Shown here: positions 42,343 to 57,079 of the stretch, piece after piece
How the letters are laid out: each line of letters opens with the position of its first letter
Numbering within the stretch: the stretch's first letter is position 1
Assembly: GCF_009914755.1 (NCBI RefSeq)
Contig: NC_060946.1
From: the human T2T-CHM13v2.0 reference genome, Homo sapiens
Reading direction: 5' to 3' (one strand)
Length of the DNA stretch: 64,000 bases
Notes under the pieces: generated by a model
Seen by the model: the letters and a program-made list of their open reading frames with translations, nothing else
Databases searched by the model: none
What the model was told of the DNA's origin: nothing
Position numbers and translations under genes: made by a program

Positions 42343-43064
42343 ACACACATAAGAGGTGGACCTCCCCTACTGTGCGGGCCTGACTGGGGGGTTACATCAG
42401 GGAAAGGCCTGGGGACCTGAGCCCAGAGGAGCTGTGCTGAGCCCCCCGAAGTAGTAGTGGAAGGGCTGCAGAGTTTTGACCTCCTTCTCAGGCCTGGGCC
42501 CATTCCTGAGCTCAGGGCAGGGCTGAGAGCAGTTGGAGCCCAAGGACCTGGGGTGGGGCCAGAGGGGTCCTGGGCGCTCAGCTGGCCTCCCCCAACACCC
42601 AGCCCCTCGCCTTGTCTGCACCTCCTTCTGCAGCTCAGCAAAACTCTTTCCCTTCCTTTACAGGCTGGCATGGATCATCAGGCCCACCTTCCAGGAGGGG
42701 AGACTGAGGCCCCACCAGGCTCAGAAATGCCCCCATAGTCAAATGACCTGGCCCATTCCAAGTGGAGCCTGTGACCCCACCCCACCCTTGAGCTTCTCCC
42801 ACTGCATTTAAGCCCAGCCCAGCCCGGCACTGGGAGCTGTTCTGGAAACAGGGCACTGTCTGCCCCAAGTTCTGCCCGGAACTGGCCCCCCCCACCTACC
42901 CCTAAGTGCCCCCCTTAGTTGGCAAATGCCTCGAGAGTCTCCTTCCTTCCCTTCTCCACCGCAACCATCCTGAGAATATCCTCACAGAGAAGAAAGAGGC
43001 AAGGAGATTCCTTAAAAAGCCAAATATCCTGGTGAGAAGCTGCTATTAACCTCCTGGGAAGCTC

Positions 43065-43220
43065 CAGAGAAGAAATAGCAGGGAGTGGGGAGGCTGCCCG
43101 ACTCCTGGGCAATGATGGAGAGCCAGGAGGCGGCGTCAGGTGCAGAGAAGAAATAGCAGGGAGCGGGGAGGCTGCCCGACTCCTGGGCAGTGATGGAGAG
43201 CCAGGAGGCAGTGTCAGGTG
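43065..43220. repeat. Tandem duplication, 2 x 78 bp
   Basis: Units 43065-43142 and 43143-43220 differ at 4 positions. Confidence 0.93.
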
Positions 43221-46200
43221 GCGGGTGGGCGGAGAGGCGGCAGCATCCAATGATTCCCATCACACATTCAACGTCTGGCAGCTCCTGCTGAGTGAGCACC
43301 TGCTGAATGCTCAGGGGCCTCTGCAGGCGCGGCAAACCTTGAGGGCAGAGCCGGTGGTGCCAACTCCATGATACAGATGAGAAAAGTGAGGCCCAGGCGA
43401 GGCAATGGGCACGTGGACGTAACCAAGGTCACACAGCTCAGGAAGGCCGGGACTGCAGCTTTGAAACCACATCTGTCTGAAGCCGAAGTCTAGGAGAGAA
43501 ATAGACAGATGGAGGGCAGCAGGGCAGAGATTGGACTGAGAGAGATAGAGAGAGGGAGGGAGAAGGGGAGGGATAAAGAGGGATGGAGAGAAAGAGGGAG
43601 AGACAGCAAGTGAGCCAGACCATGAGGGGCACCCACCGACCTCACCAGCAGCCAGGGGGCAGGGGTCACCATGGAAATTGTGTGCTTAGTGGTGATGTGG
43701 CAGCATGGGAGGGGAGGTGCAGTCTTGACTGGGTCGGGTGGGCCTCTGAGGCTCGCATGGCAGGGGCGTAGGGCAGGAGCTGAAGGGGTTCAGTCCCTCC
43801 CACTTTACTGCTGTCCCCTCTGGAGTCCTGCTGCTCCACCACTGTGGCCAGCCATCCTCTCCCCTTGCCTATCTCAGGCCCTCCTGTGCAGCTGTGGAGG
43901 ACGGAGCTAGGTGGGCTGTACCTGCCTTTCCTCTCCAGCTCTGGGCCAAGCCCACTGTGCTCACCCGCCTGGGTCTAGAGGAGGGAAGGTCTAAAGCACT
44001 GGGTCCTTGTCCCTGCTCTGTCACTGGTGTGCTGTGCGGCCCTGGGCAAGCCACTTTCCCTCACTGGGCCATATTTCCAACGTGGTTGAAGGTTTCCCGG
44101 ATGGTTCTATTTCTGGGATTTTCACACTGTCTGAGAACAGCCCCATCTCAGAGAAATCTCTTGGGTGCTATTTGGAGAGGACTCATTCTAGAGTCCAAAT
44201 CCTCAAAGCCTGACTCCCATCCCTTCGTTAAGCACCTGCCATGTACCAAGCACTGGTTCAGAAGCCAGAAATACTGGTTTCGTTGGTGAACTCAAACCCC
44301 TGACAATTCTGAACCTTGGTTTCCTCATCTGCAAAATGGGTCAGTGAGGACAGAGCCCCTCCTCAGAATGAGGAAGAGGCACAAATGAGATAATTTAGGG
44401 GAATTCTCCCCACAGGCAGGTCGCTACCAGGATCCTCCTCCTGCTGGGGCCCTCTGGTCAGACAGACCTGGGTTCCAAGCCTGGCTCACCCACTCATCAC
44501 TTGCACTGCCCTGTAGGAGCCCTGACCCTGACATTAGACAGGCACAGGGGTGGCCTGCCATCTGTGTTAGTCACCCCAACCTGTCCCCTTGCCTCCCAAC
44601 AACCGCCACACCTCCATGCATTCTTTACACCCCTCCCCAAAGACCGGATGAGGACTTGGGTCCCTGGAGACCGAGCAAGTCTTCCCCTGAAGACTTGAAG
44701 AGGCACGGAGAAGCGGAGTGAAGCAGAGCTTTCCACATATCCATCCCCTGCTCAAAAACCTTCCATGGCTCCCTATTGTCCTGCAAATGATCCAGCTCCT
44801 CCCCAGCATTTCAGCCCTCCAGAATAGGCCCGTCTGCCCCTTTCTCCCATTATTGCCCTTTCTCTAGCCTCCCTCTAGCAGCACCTGTTCCCCAGTGTCT
44901 CCTGCCCACCCCCTGTCCTCTTGCAGAGGAGGGGGAGAAGGAGGGCCATTCCAGGCAGAGGGATCATCCTGTGCAAAAGCTCCACGATGCAATGGGAGGA
45001 GTGGGGTGCAGTGGGGCCCTCCCCCGAGGTGCAGCCCGGTCCTGTGCTCTGCTGAGCGAAGTCCTCCCTCCCAGGTCCCCCCCACTCCTGGGTCCCACTG
45101 CTGCCCCTGGGTTTTTCCACCTTGTTCTTCTGGAAATCCACTCAGATTTCTCCGGGGGACCGGGAGCCACTGGGCTTCACTGTTGATTTTTCACAAGTGA
45201 TTACTGGCGGTAGAATTTGTCACCTGCACAAAGAAAGGAAAATGAACCTTTCATCAGAGCCAGTCTGTGGGCCCCTGAGGAGGCTCAGCTTCAAGAGCTG
45301 GGGAGCAAGGTGTGGGTGGGGGGGTGGGCACAGGAAAGGGAAGCGGGGAGGGGAGGGAAGGGGCAGGGCTACCCAGGGCCAGGCCCAGACAGGTAGATCT
45401 GTTTCAAGCCCCCATTCATTGGAAGATGGAGAAATGGTAGCTCAGAGAGCCTGAGAGCCTTGCCCAAGGTCACACAGCAGCTAAGGGACAGCTTACCTGG
45501 GCCCACTCGGCACCCCATGAATGCTGGCAGAGTGGGTGCCATGGGGCTCAAGTCACAGAAACAGAAAGGAATATGGCAGATGGTCTGGTCCCAGGCCTCT
45601 TCAATTTCACAGAGAGACTGAGGCCCTCAGAGGGACCGGAACTTGCCGAGGACACACAGTGAGGCCACAGCAGGGCGGCGACTGGAAGGCAGAAACTCAA
45701 CTGCAGGCTCCTGAACCTCAGCCCAGCTCCTTCCTCTGGCCAAGGAATCCCATAAGTGAGGCAGGTGGGGGCCCCAGCTGCAACGGTCTGTGTCCCAGGT
45801 CCGCTCCTCCCTGCTCCCCCGCCCCTATGCCCCTGGGCTCCGAATGGGTGGCTTTGGAACAACCTGCCCTCCCTGAGCCTCAGTTTCCCCACCTAGAGAT
45901 GGGCACTACACCCTCCCATTTCTTGGTCTGCTGTGAGGGTTCCCATCTGCTGGCCGATGCCCGCCTCTCCCACTCCAGGCTGCCTCCAGTCTGAGGTTTC
46001 TGTCTCTCTCTCAGCCCCCGGCCTGGGCTCCACTGTCGGTTTCACGCCTCCTCCGCCTCCACCTTGGCCAGCTTCCCTCATTGCTGTGAGCCGAGCCTGT
46101 CTTGCTCCCTCCTCAGTGCTCCCGCTGCTCAGCCGTGAGGATGATCAACACCCACCAGGCTGCCAGCCACCAGCAGGAGGGAGTGCAGAGAGCGGTCTTG

Positions 46201-46510
46201 GCTGGCACCCACCCCTTGGCTCCCAGACCCACCCCCCCCGGACCCCAGCCTCCCCAACTCATCTCCAGTGTTCACCCACCTCAGTCCCTCCAGCCCTATC
46301 TAGCCCCTCCAGCTCCCAAACCCTTTCTAATCCTCCCCACACCCTCTCCAGCTCTCCCAACCCTCCTGGCCCTCATCTTCCCCAGTTTCCTCCAGTGCTA
46401 TTCCTCCTGATGCCCCTCACACCCCCCTGGATCCCTTAGGCCAGGCCGCTGTCAAAGAGGGAGTGGGACAGGGCAGTGGGTGGAGGGGCCGAGGGCTTAC
46501 AGCACTGCTC

Positions 46511-46780
46511 GCCCACCTGCCCATGCCCCCCTGCCTATGCCCGCCTGCCCACGCCCACCTGCCCATGCCCACCTGCCCATGCCCCCACCCATGCCCCCTG
46601 CCCAACCCCACCTGCCCATGGCCCCCTGCCTATGCCCGCCTGCCCATGCCCACCTGCCCATGCCCACCTGCCCATGCCCCCACCCATGCCCCCTGCCCAA
46701 CCCCACCTGCCCATGCACACCTGCCCATGCCCCCTGCCCACACCCACCTGCCCATGCCCACCTGCCCACACCCACCTACA
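46511..46780. repeat. GC-rich minisatellite, 14-bp core CCCACCTGCCCATG with a 95-bp higher-order duplication
   Basis: Direct inspection; ctgcctatg recurs at 46531 and 46626. Confidence 0.92.
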
Positions 46781-47989
46781 ACGCAATGGTGGCAGCCACC
46801 AACCCTCCCACAGCCCAGTCACCACACTCACACAAGTCCTACACACACTGCTCCCACAGATATCTCCTACACTCACACACAAATCTACATGCGCACATAC
46901 ACCCAGGAGCCCTGACCCCATCCCAAACCCCCAGCATCGCCGGCTCTCAGCGCCAGGTGGACAGGGCACTGGGAGTGGACAGGAGGGGCAGCAAGACCCA
47001 GGCTCAGGGCACCCAGAGGCCCCCCTGCTGCCCCCACACAGGTGGCCTTCCTGGTCCTGGCCCAGTGCCAGCCTCGAGTCTTGGGAACACATTCCTCCCG
47101 GCCCTCATCCTGGTGCCTCTGATGTGGCAGGAGGAGGGGGATGCTGTGACCCACTGTGGCCACACTGTCACTACCCCCCTTCCACAAGAGACTCCATGCA
47201 CGTGGCCCTCAGGGGAAGCCTGATCCCCAGCATGGCTGACCTCTGCGGTCCTCGAAGGCTGACCTCTGCAAACTCCTTCTCCTGTCCTGGCACCACCATG
47301 CGCATCCCCTCTGCCACAGGCACCCCATCCCTGTCCACGCCTGCTCTCACCCTGCTCCTCAGGTGCGCAGGGGGCGCTGAGGGGCGAGCTCCCCCAATGG
47401 GCATCATCATCCCATGCCGCCTCCATGCCCAGAGCACAATCCCCCCTGCTCTGCCAGGGGGCCCTCCCTGTTCTCTTCCCTGCTGTCAGCACCACTCTCC
47501 CACTGGGAGCCAGCCCAGGCACCTGCCCCTGAGGGGCCACGCTCCCGTCAGTCCCTGCAGAGCAAGCCTGTCTCCTCTGGGTCCCACTGCACCAGGCACT
47601 GCCCCCATCACAGATGTCCACTTGGCCCACTACCTTCCTGTGCCCCCTTCTGGGCCACCAATCTGTGAGCACCTTTCATCCTGACACACTGGCCTCCTCC
47701 TCGCCATCCCCAGTCTTTTCTCCTCTTCAACTGTCATTGTGCAGTTTCCTTTCTGCCCCTCCCTCCCCATCACCTTCAGAAGCCACCTCCTCCAGGAAGC
47801 CTTCCCAGATGCTCTGCAAGGTGACGCTGGGAAGTGGTATACAGGCTTTGGACCCAGGATGATCTGGGTTCTCTCCCTATCTGTGTGATCTCAGCAAGTC
47901 GCTCCACTTCTCTGAGCCTTAGTTCCTTATGCATAGCATGCATTAATAACAACCCCTGCCAGGGAGTCAAACGCCCTGGCACACAGTAG

Positions 47990-48448
<459 letters not shown>

Positions 48449-49492
48449 TGACATCTGCTGATCCCAAACCACCCCCAGATGTGGTTCTGAGCACTTCCCA
48501 TCCACCCTCGCCTGGAATCCTCTCCACCATCCTCTCAAAAACACTCACTAACCTCTCTGGGCCACAGATGCTTGGTTTCTTCGTCATTAGGACGGGATGA
48601 TAACACCGGCTTGAGGTTGATGTGAGAATTAAGGGAGATAATTCGGGAAAAGCACTTGGCCCAGTGCCTGGCTCAAAACTTGGCGGCCACATCACGCCTG
48701 GGTTTATAGTTGAAACTCTATTATTGTTCTGCCCTGGAGAAGCTCCGGCCTGTGCGCACACTGGGCACTTCCCCAAGCCTCCCAGACCAGGCCCCAGGAA
48801 GGGCTGGCATTGAGGGCCCTGGCCGGAGCAGGTGGGGTGAGGCTGAAGCAGGTTCCCCCGCCCCAGAGTCCAGAGTGCCCTCCAGTCTCCAGCACCTCCT
48901 ACCCCACCCCTCCTTCCCTCCCAACCCAGGCCCTGGGTGGCCCTGGCAGCTGCTCTGTCCCCACCCTACACACCCCTCCTGTCTTCCTCCTCTTATTTCT
49001 CCTTGAAACCGCTTCTGCAAAAGTTCATTCTGAAAGAAATCGATTTCCAAGCAGTTTGGAGATACAATTTGGTTTTTCATTTTGAAGAAATGATGGTGGA
49101 GGAAAAGTTTGGAGACTTAATCACTGGGGAAGGCCATGGAAATAAAGAATTCCTCTGCCCTTGGCTGGAAGCTAGGGGCCTGTGTTCATTCTCTTGGTGT
49201 GACAGCAGAAAACAGGTGCACACGGAGAGGCACGGCTCCTGTATGACACACACATGTGCACACCACATGCAGCACACAACCGTACACACACGTTGCAAAA
49301 CACACACATGCACGCAGACTGTACACACCAAGACATACACACACACAGCCCTCAGTGAAACACCGTGGATGCCACCAGCCCCCAGTCCCCTCAGCAGTGC
49401 AGAGACAGGGCATGGCTGGACTCTCTCCACCCCCAGCTCTCTGTCTCTGTCCCACACCCTAATGTATCTTGCTCTTGGAATAACCCCATCTT

Positions 49493-49793
<301 letters not shown>

Positions 49794-50155
49794 TCCCATC
49801 TTCATTATTTCCTGGAGGGCTTGACTTCTGCTGCTATTCCAAAGGTCCTTTCCAAATCTGAAGCTGCAGGTATTCATAGTCAGACATTACTGCCTCGCTC
49901 AAGAAGCTTCACAAGCTCCCGATTACCTGGCTGGACAATAATCACATCCAAAACCACGGACAGAACCACCCACACCTCTGGCCGTGGAAGCACCTCTGCA
50001 TTCCATGTCACTTCTGCCCCAGCAGCCCCTGACAGGATGGGCAGCTGCTGGGAATGTACCTGGGGCCTGCAGCCGCACCCTCCATGTCATAGATAAACAC
50101 ACTGCCCCAAGAGGTTGAGGGACTCACACAAGATTGTATAGGTGGTGGGTGGCAG

Positions 50156-50156
<1 letters not shown>

Positions 50157-50193
<37 letters not shown>
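50157..50193. repeat. (CA)n microsatellite, ~18 units
   Basis: Direct inspection. Confidence 0.95.
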
Positions 50194-50196
<3 letters not shown>

Positions 50197-53100
50197 AGTG
50201 GCTGCAGTCTCTCATTATCAGTTCATTCTTTTGTACCTGGAAGATTTTTAAGAGTTCACTATGAAGATGGGCCCCCTGGGAAAGTCATAATGTCTGACAT
50301 ACTAAGGCAGGGAACCCCCAGATTCCTTGGATTGGAGGACAGAACAGGCCCTAAATTCCATCTAGTTCAACCCCTCTGATATTTGAACCCCTTTACAGTA
50401 TCCTTGCCTACAGCTCTTCAGCCTGTACTTGCACACCTCCAGGGCTGGGGAGCTCGCGCCCACCTGCCCATCTCTGATCTCTTGTGAAGGTGGGAGTCCC
50501 TCGTTCTGCTGAGCTGAACTCTACCCCTGGGGATTCTCCCACCTTAGGTCTTGGGTCTCTGCCTTGGGGCTCTAAGCCTTCTCCTCTTCTGGCTGTCCTC
50601 AACCTCAGGGGCCCAATTGGGATGCCCTCCTCATTCCAAGTCTATTGGCAGAGGCCAGTGTGGGCCACGTTGAGGCTGGAAGTTCACAGACACATGCGCA
50701 CATGTATGAGGCATTTGGCCTTCATGCTGGGGAAGGAGGAGAGCAGGGCCCATCTTCTTGGGGGAGGACACCCTTGGGGGCTAGGGGTGCCAGGTGAGGG
50801 GCACTGTGCAGAGAGCAAGAACAGGGCCTCCTTCTCACAGAAGTCTTAGCAAGGGGCTTCCAGGCTCAGTGGAGACAGGCGTGGCTGTGGGGTTGAGAAA
50901 CAACCCTGTGTTAGGGGGCAGGGAAGGGCTGAGGACTTCCTGAGACATGAAAGGAGGAGAAACGAGGCTGAGGTGGGCACAGGGCCCCAGATCAGGGAGG
51001 GGTGGCCTTCCTGGAGTGTCTCCGAGCTGGTCAGTCCCATGGCCTTGCAGGGAAAAGCAAGGTCCGGAAGGTGAGGCCCAGCCCCGGGCCAGATCAGACC
51101 TCGGGGCAGGGCTCCTGTCCCACACTCTTCCCCATGGTCTGGGTCTCTCTCTCCTGAAGAATGGGCTGTCCCAGGAAGGACACTCAGGGGCTTCCCTTCC
51201 CTCTCTCTGTCCTCAGCTCCCGGGGCCCACCAATCTGTGTCCTATCTGAGGAATGTGCCACCCGAGAGGGACCTGGGGAGGGGGAAGGTGGGAGAGGACA
51301 TGGAGGTCAGCCGGATGCTGCCAGCAGGGCAGCAGAGCATGAGGGGTCGGGAGAAAATCATAAATATGATGGCTTGGTGGAGGTGGCATCATGGGAGGCT
51401 TCCTGGAGGAGATGAGATAGGAAGTGAGCCCTGGGGCCTGGGGAGGTCTGCGTCTACCCGTCTTACACATTTACCCACAGGCTGGTTTCCCATCTGCTGA
51501 GCGTTTAGTGCATGCTGGGCGCTTTTCATGTCAGCAGGGCAGCCCACAGATCGCTACAGAGCATCTCTCCTGCATGCCACGCGCTAGCCTGGGCTGGGCC
51601 GGTTGACTCTGATGGGCAGTCCTGGGTGCCCGCTCCCCACGGCAATGTGATACACCCGGAAAGGGGCCAAGCCCCGGCACCAGGAGGCCTGGGTGCAGAT
51701 CCCAGCCCCGCCACTTAGCTGTCGTGCAGTCCGGAGGTGGCATAGGACTGGGTGCTTGCGAGAGCCAGAGGCCAATGGGATGAGGGTGGCCTGGTGGCCC
51801 TGCCCTGGACTCTCCCCACAGGGGCAGGTAGAAGAGAGGCACCCGTGCACAAGGCCCAGCCCTGGGGATCCACGGTGCCCCCGGCCCAGATTCCCTGCAC
51901 CTGCCCCAGTTTGGGGCAGCCCGGCCTACTTCTCAAGGATGTTTGGAGGTTCCTGAGAGGCCCCCCAGGGGCCCTGCCCACACCCACCTCCAGCGTCTGC
52001 TCCCTCCTACAGCCACACACTCCAATCCCCAGCCTGGCACAGGGTAAGCCCCAGCACGGGGACCCCCTTTGCAGCCCCTCCTACCCCAGGGACATCAGAT
52101 CTGCCAGCCCCTTCCTCCTCCTGCCCTGCCCTTCAGAGAAGGCACTGGGTGGTGGGGTGGGGGTGCAGGTGGGGCCTTGCAGGGCACACTCATCAGCCCA
52201 CACCGTGGTTTACATCCTACCCTCACCACCATCATCTTACACCTCCAGCCCAGGACATTCCAGCTTCTGCTTTCAAGATGGGGTTGTGCCCACGGAAGTT
52301 AAGGCTCAGCTTTTGAATTTTGAAATAAAAATTTGAAACTTGTGTCAGAGAGAGCAACATTGAAAGGAGATTCCAGCCAACCCCTGGGCACAGAAGGCCC
52401 AAAAGCCAGCGTTCCCTGAGGACAGTCAAGAGGTAAGTGGGCACGAGGCTCCTGTTCCTGAGGGATGCCCCCCATGAGATCGGAGAGCCAAGGCAGTGAG
52501 GAGTGGTGCGCGCCCACAGCAGCACCTGGTCCTGGCGGGCAGTGGGGACGGGGTGTGAGGCTGCCTGGGCTGTGGTACGCAGAGGGCTGCTGGCTCAAAG
52601 GACACAGCACCCAGAGACGCCCTTGTCGGAGAAGGGAACCCCACAGCTGGCCTCACAGACGCCCAGGAGTGAGCGGGTCCAAGGAGAACCTGATGCAACG
52701 GCGAAACCCCCATGTGGGCCGAGTTTGTCTACAGTTTGTCTAGAAGGGGCCAGGTAGCAGCATAAATGGCAAGAACGGGTGGGAGCCAAGGAAATGATTC
52801 AGTTTTGTTCCTGGAGGCAAAAGAAGTTCCATTTCTGCCACTTGAGTTTGCAGCCTGAGAAGGTCCCTCTGGTACGCAGTGTGCAGCTGACTGAGCAGAC
52901 ACTGTCGGGCGGCTGCAGGGGACTCGGTGGCCTCAGTGAGCTCTGGCCACCCAGGGGGTGAGGGGAGGGACCCACTCACTCAGGCCCACTACTGATCCCA
53001 CATTGCTGAGGAGGCTTTAGAGACAGCCGCAGGCCCTATCCCCTCTTTCCCTGCCTCCCCACCGCAGGGCCCTAGGCCCACCCGCCAGCTCCTTTCCCCT

Positions 53101-56024
53101 CCCCGGGCCTGGTCCCCTGGAGGCTGAGAGCGTGTGTGACCCCAGAGCCCCCAGTACTGTCATTAGCGCTGATTACTCCCATCAGCACCCCAGGGTGGGG
53201 GCGGCAGCTCTGGCAGAATTGTGTCAGGAGTGCCAGGTATCCCTGCTCCACGCTGGCTGTGGGCAGCCACCGAGAGGGGCCGCTGGGAGGCGGGACAGGC
53301 AAGGTGGTGCTTCTCCAAGACCCGAGGCCTCCAGGCAGTCTCCTTTCACCCCACCTCCATCAGCCTCGGAGGGGCCCTCCCCTCTCAGGACTCCTCCACC
53401 CTTACCCCCTGACCCATTCCATCTCCTTCCCCCGCCTGGGAGTCAGGAAACCAAGCTCTGCCCTCTAATCCTGCCCCTGCCTCAGTGGGCCGAGGGACCC
53501 CGGGTACATGGCTTCTCCTCTCCAGGCCCGGTTCCTCCTCTTTTAAATGAGGGGTGCCATTTCTTGATTCCCTTCCAGCTGCAATCAGCCAGCCAACCCT
53601 CCTCCCTTGCGGTCCCCTGGGCTAAGTGCCCACCTGCCTGCCTCCTCTCCTCCCTCCTCCCTCCTCTCCTCCTTCTCCCCTCTCTCCTCCCAGTCCTTCT
53701 CCCATCTCTTCCTCTCCCTCTTCTCTCTTCTCTCCCTCCTCCTCACTGTCTTCTCCTTGTTCTCTAGTCCCTCACTCCTCTCCTCTCCTGCCCCCACCCC
53801 AGGAGCTTCCTCTCTCCCTGTCAATTAGACTGGCTCTGGCAGGAGGCTCAGAGAGCAGGCTAGGGCACCCAGCTGGAAAATTGGGTGTCCAGAGCTGTCT
53901 GGAATCCTAATGCCCTAGCCCTGCCCTTCTCCACCTCCCTCACCTCTCCTCCAGTGACAGGTGCTGGGTGCTGGCATTGACTCCTCCAGTGGGGGCACCC
54001 TCCCACTGCTCTCATCCTGCCAGGCCTGCAGCCTCCTCTCACTGCCCCAAAACTCCTCTCACTCTGCCCCTTCCCCATGCTCCAGCGTCCCCCCCACCCT
54101 CTCGACTTCTGACCATCCCAAAGTTCAAGGCTTGGAGAAAAGAGCACTGGGCTGGGACTCGAGACCTGCGTGCTGGCCAGGCCCCCTTTCAAGGCCTCAG
54201 TTTACCTGTGAAGTGAGGCTCCACCTCCGAGCCCTTCCCGCTCAGACTGTGTGGCCCCCAGACCTGTCAGCTTTCCAGCCAACACAGAGGGCTGCCGCAG
54301 GGTCACTCCTGACCTGCTCTGGTGGCGGCCCCATTTCAAATCTTATTTTATTTTCACTGGGAATGGCTCTGGGCCAGGGCATTAGCATTCCAGTTTCTAG
54401 CAGATTCTCTCCTTCCTGTTCTGTTGCAGGAGCTGCCTCACTCATCTTTGCGCCTGCCCGGCCCCCGAGTAGACTGGGCTGCCCAACTCGGAGCTGGCAG
54501 CCACCCAGGACTCGTGGGCATTCAGGTAACCTACGTCCTGGCCACCAGCACCACCTGGCCTCATCCCAGGTAGCCCAAGAAGGTGCCTCTCTGGAAGTGA
54601 AAGGTACACGCTCCTCACTCCCAGACCCCATGCCCTACCCTATGGGTGCCATAAGTCCGCAAGGTTCAAGGACGCCGATGGTTCACCCAACTCAATCGTT
54701 TTCTTTCGTTATTATTAATTACTTTTTACTCTTCACCCAGGTACTAAGGTAACCCCAACAAGCAGCCTTCGTGTCCTCTACCAAGCACACCTCCCCAGAG
54801 GGTGGAGCCTGTGCAGAATCCCAGAGGTGACTCCAGCAGCCTTTGGGGAACCGTCACTATCAATCAGGCACCTGCTGTGTGTCAGGCACATGCTGGGACT
54901 CTGGGGACACAGCAGGGGACCCCACCAGCAAGTCCTCTTGTCTCACATTCTGCAAACAAAATAGAAAAATAGCTCATTTCAGAGTGGCCAGTGTCATGAA
55001 GGAAAGAAAACAGAGTGAGGGGATGCTGACCCAGGGTAAGGCCATATAGGAGGGCTCAGGGAAGACACCACAGGGGAGGTGACCCTGAGATGCGCCCAAA
55101 ATGATAAGAAGCTGGCGTGGCAAAGTTGGGGTATATATACCATTCTAGATGGAGGCGGCGGTAAGTGCAAAGGCCCTGAGGCTGGAACACGTGTGGTTGT
55201 TTGAGCAACATGTGGCCAGTGTGGCTGGGGCAGGAAAGTGGCAGGGGAGGCTGTCACACCCAGATCACATCCTGCCTGGATGGGCACTCCTGGAAGGAGT
55301 TTGTGATGCATTCTAAATGCAAGAAGTAGCCACTGGAGGCTTTGTGGGAGAAATGCACTCTGATGTTCGTTTTTAACGATCTTGCTACTTCTGGCTGCTG
55401 GGCACAGGTCGGGGTGGAGGATGGCCAGAGCTGAAGCAGGCAGGCCAGTTAAGAGGATGCTACAGTGATTCAGGCAAGGGGCAAAATGGCTGCATAGAAA
55501 GGCAGAGAAGTGGCTCTGGCCTACACAGAGACCACAGGAAGGGGTCTACTCAATGTGTCCTGCCCATGACAGCAGTAAGCCCCTTCCCAGAACCCTCTCC
55601 CATGTTCTCACCTCCCCTGCCCCCAGCTGCGTACCTTGGTTCCTTTTGATTCCTTCTCTCCACCAAAGTCCTTCCTCCTCTTGCATCCAGTCGTCAGCAC
55701 GGGTCGTGAGTCCCCAGCTCTATCTGGTTCTGCGGCTGACCCAGTGGGGAATTAGGTCCTCAGGGAAAGGGGAGCGGAGGAGCAGAGTCCCTCATGGGGT
55801 CTAGTCCAATCGAGTTACTTTTATAAAAGACAGCCAGACCATTCACGCTGCAAAGATTCACCTCCGGCTGTTTTTCAGCCTGTAGCTTATTGTGCTAAGA
55901 GTGTCTGTTCCCTTCTCAGCCTTGAGTCGCTTTACAAAAGCCACCCTTCTATTACCTAGGCCTGGGTGATGCTAGGGTCCAGGACAGCATGGAGCATTGT
56001 AAGCGAAGGAAAAGGCAAGAAGCC

Positions 56025-56860
56025 GCACAGCGGGAAAAGAGATTTGCAACAGGACTCTTAATTACAAATCAATGAGAGAAACGGAGATAACCTCATGGAA
56101 AAATGGACCAATGGCCCGAATAGGCATTTCACAAAAGAGGACAATCAAATGGCCCATAAAGTTATGAAAAAGTGCTCAGCTTCATCATCAGGGAAATGCA
56201 AATTAAAATCACAGTGATTAGCAATTTACACACCCACCAGAGGGACTAAAGCGCAAAAGCTACAACCCAGCCAGGCTTGGCCAGGAGGCAGCAGCCCAGG
56301 CGGAACTTTCATCTCTGGTGGATGGCAGCGTAAACCCGTGCAAGCACTTTGGGAACTCGAATGGTATCTAGGAAAGAGGAACACACATTTGCCCTATGAC
56401 TGAGCGATTCATTCCTAGGTTTACACTCAACAGGAGTGAGTACATATGCCCAAGAAAAGACGTGTGAAAGAATGCTCATACCAGCTTTCTTCATCATCTT
56501 GCCAAACGGGAAACGACCCAAATGTCCATCAACGGTTGAATGCATAAATCCATTGTGGTGTATTTCACAGCAATGAAAATGATCCAACCGCTGCTCCGAT
56601 CCACATGAATGAATCATGACACGTTGCTGAGGGAAAGACGCCAGTCTCAAGCGAGGACGTCGGGCAGAATTCGGTTCATGTGGAGCCCAAAGCAGGTTGG
56701 AAGTCAGGACAGCAGTTCCCCTCGCAGCCCTCGAGGGAGAGGCTGGCAGGACTGCAAAGGGTCTCATGGAGCAGTGGCCATGTTCTTCATCTTCATCAGG
56801 AGGCCATGCCATGGGCGCGTTCACTTTGTGAAATATCTATTGTTTTGATAGGCATGCTTT
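56025..56860 (+). mobile_element. Old L1M fragment (ORF2 end and 3' UTR)
   Basis: aggcatttcacaaaagagga...cagggaaatgcaaattaaaatcaca...aaatgtccatcaac is typical L1M sequence. Confidence 0.8.
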
Positions 56861-57079
56861 CTGTGTGTGTGTGTATACACGTATATATTCACTTCAGTTA
56901 TAATTAACTTCACAAATAATAAAACACTGCAGAAGGTATTTAGAGTAAAAGGAATGACCACTCCCTACCCCACATGACTTAGGTATGTGACCTTCCATAC
57001 CTTTTTCTATGCGATTCTATGGCTTAGTTGGGTGTGTAAAAAGAAAAAAAGAAACACACACACACACACAACCCCATCC

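Noticed and set aside
46463-47684. 402-aa Pro/Cys/His-rich ORF and overlapping ORFs
   Set aside because: Open in several frames because of a stop-free minisatellite and high GC; no recognisable domain or splice context
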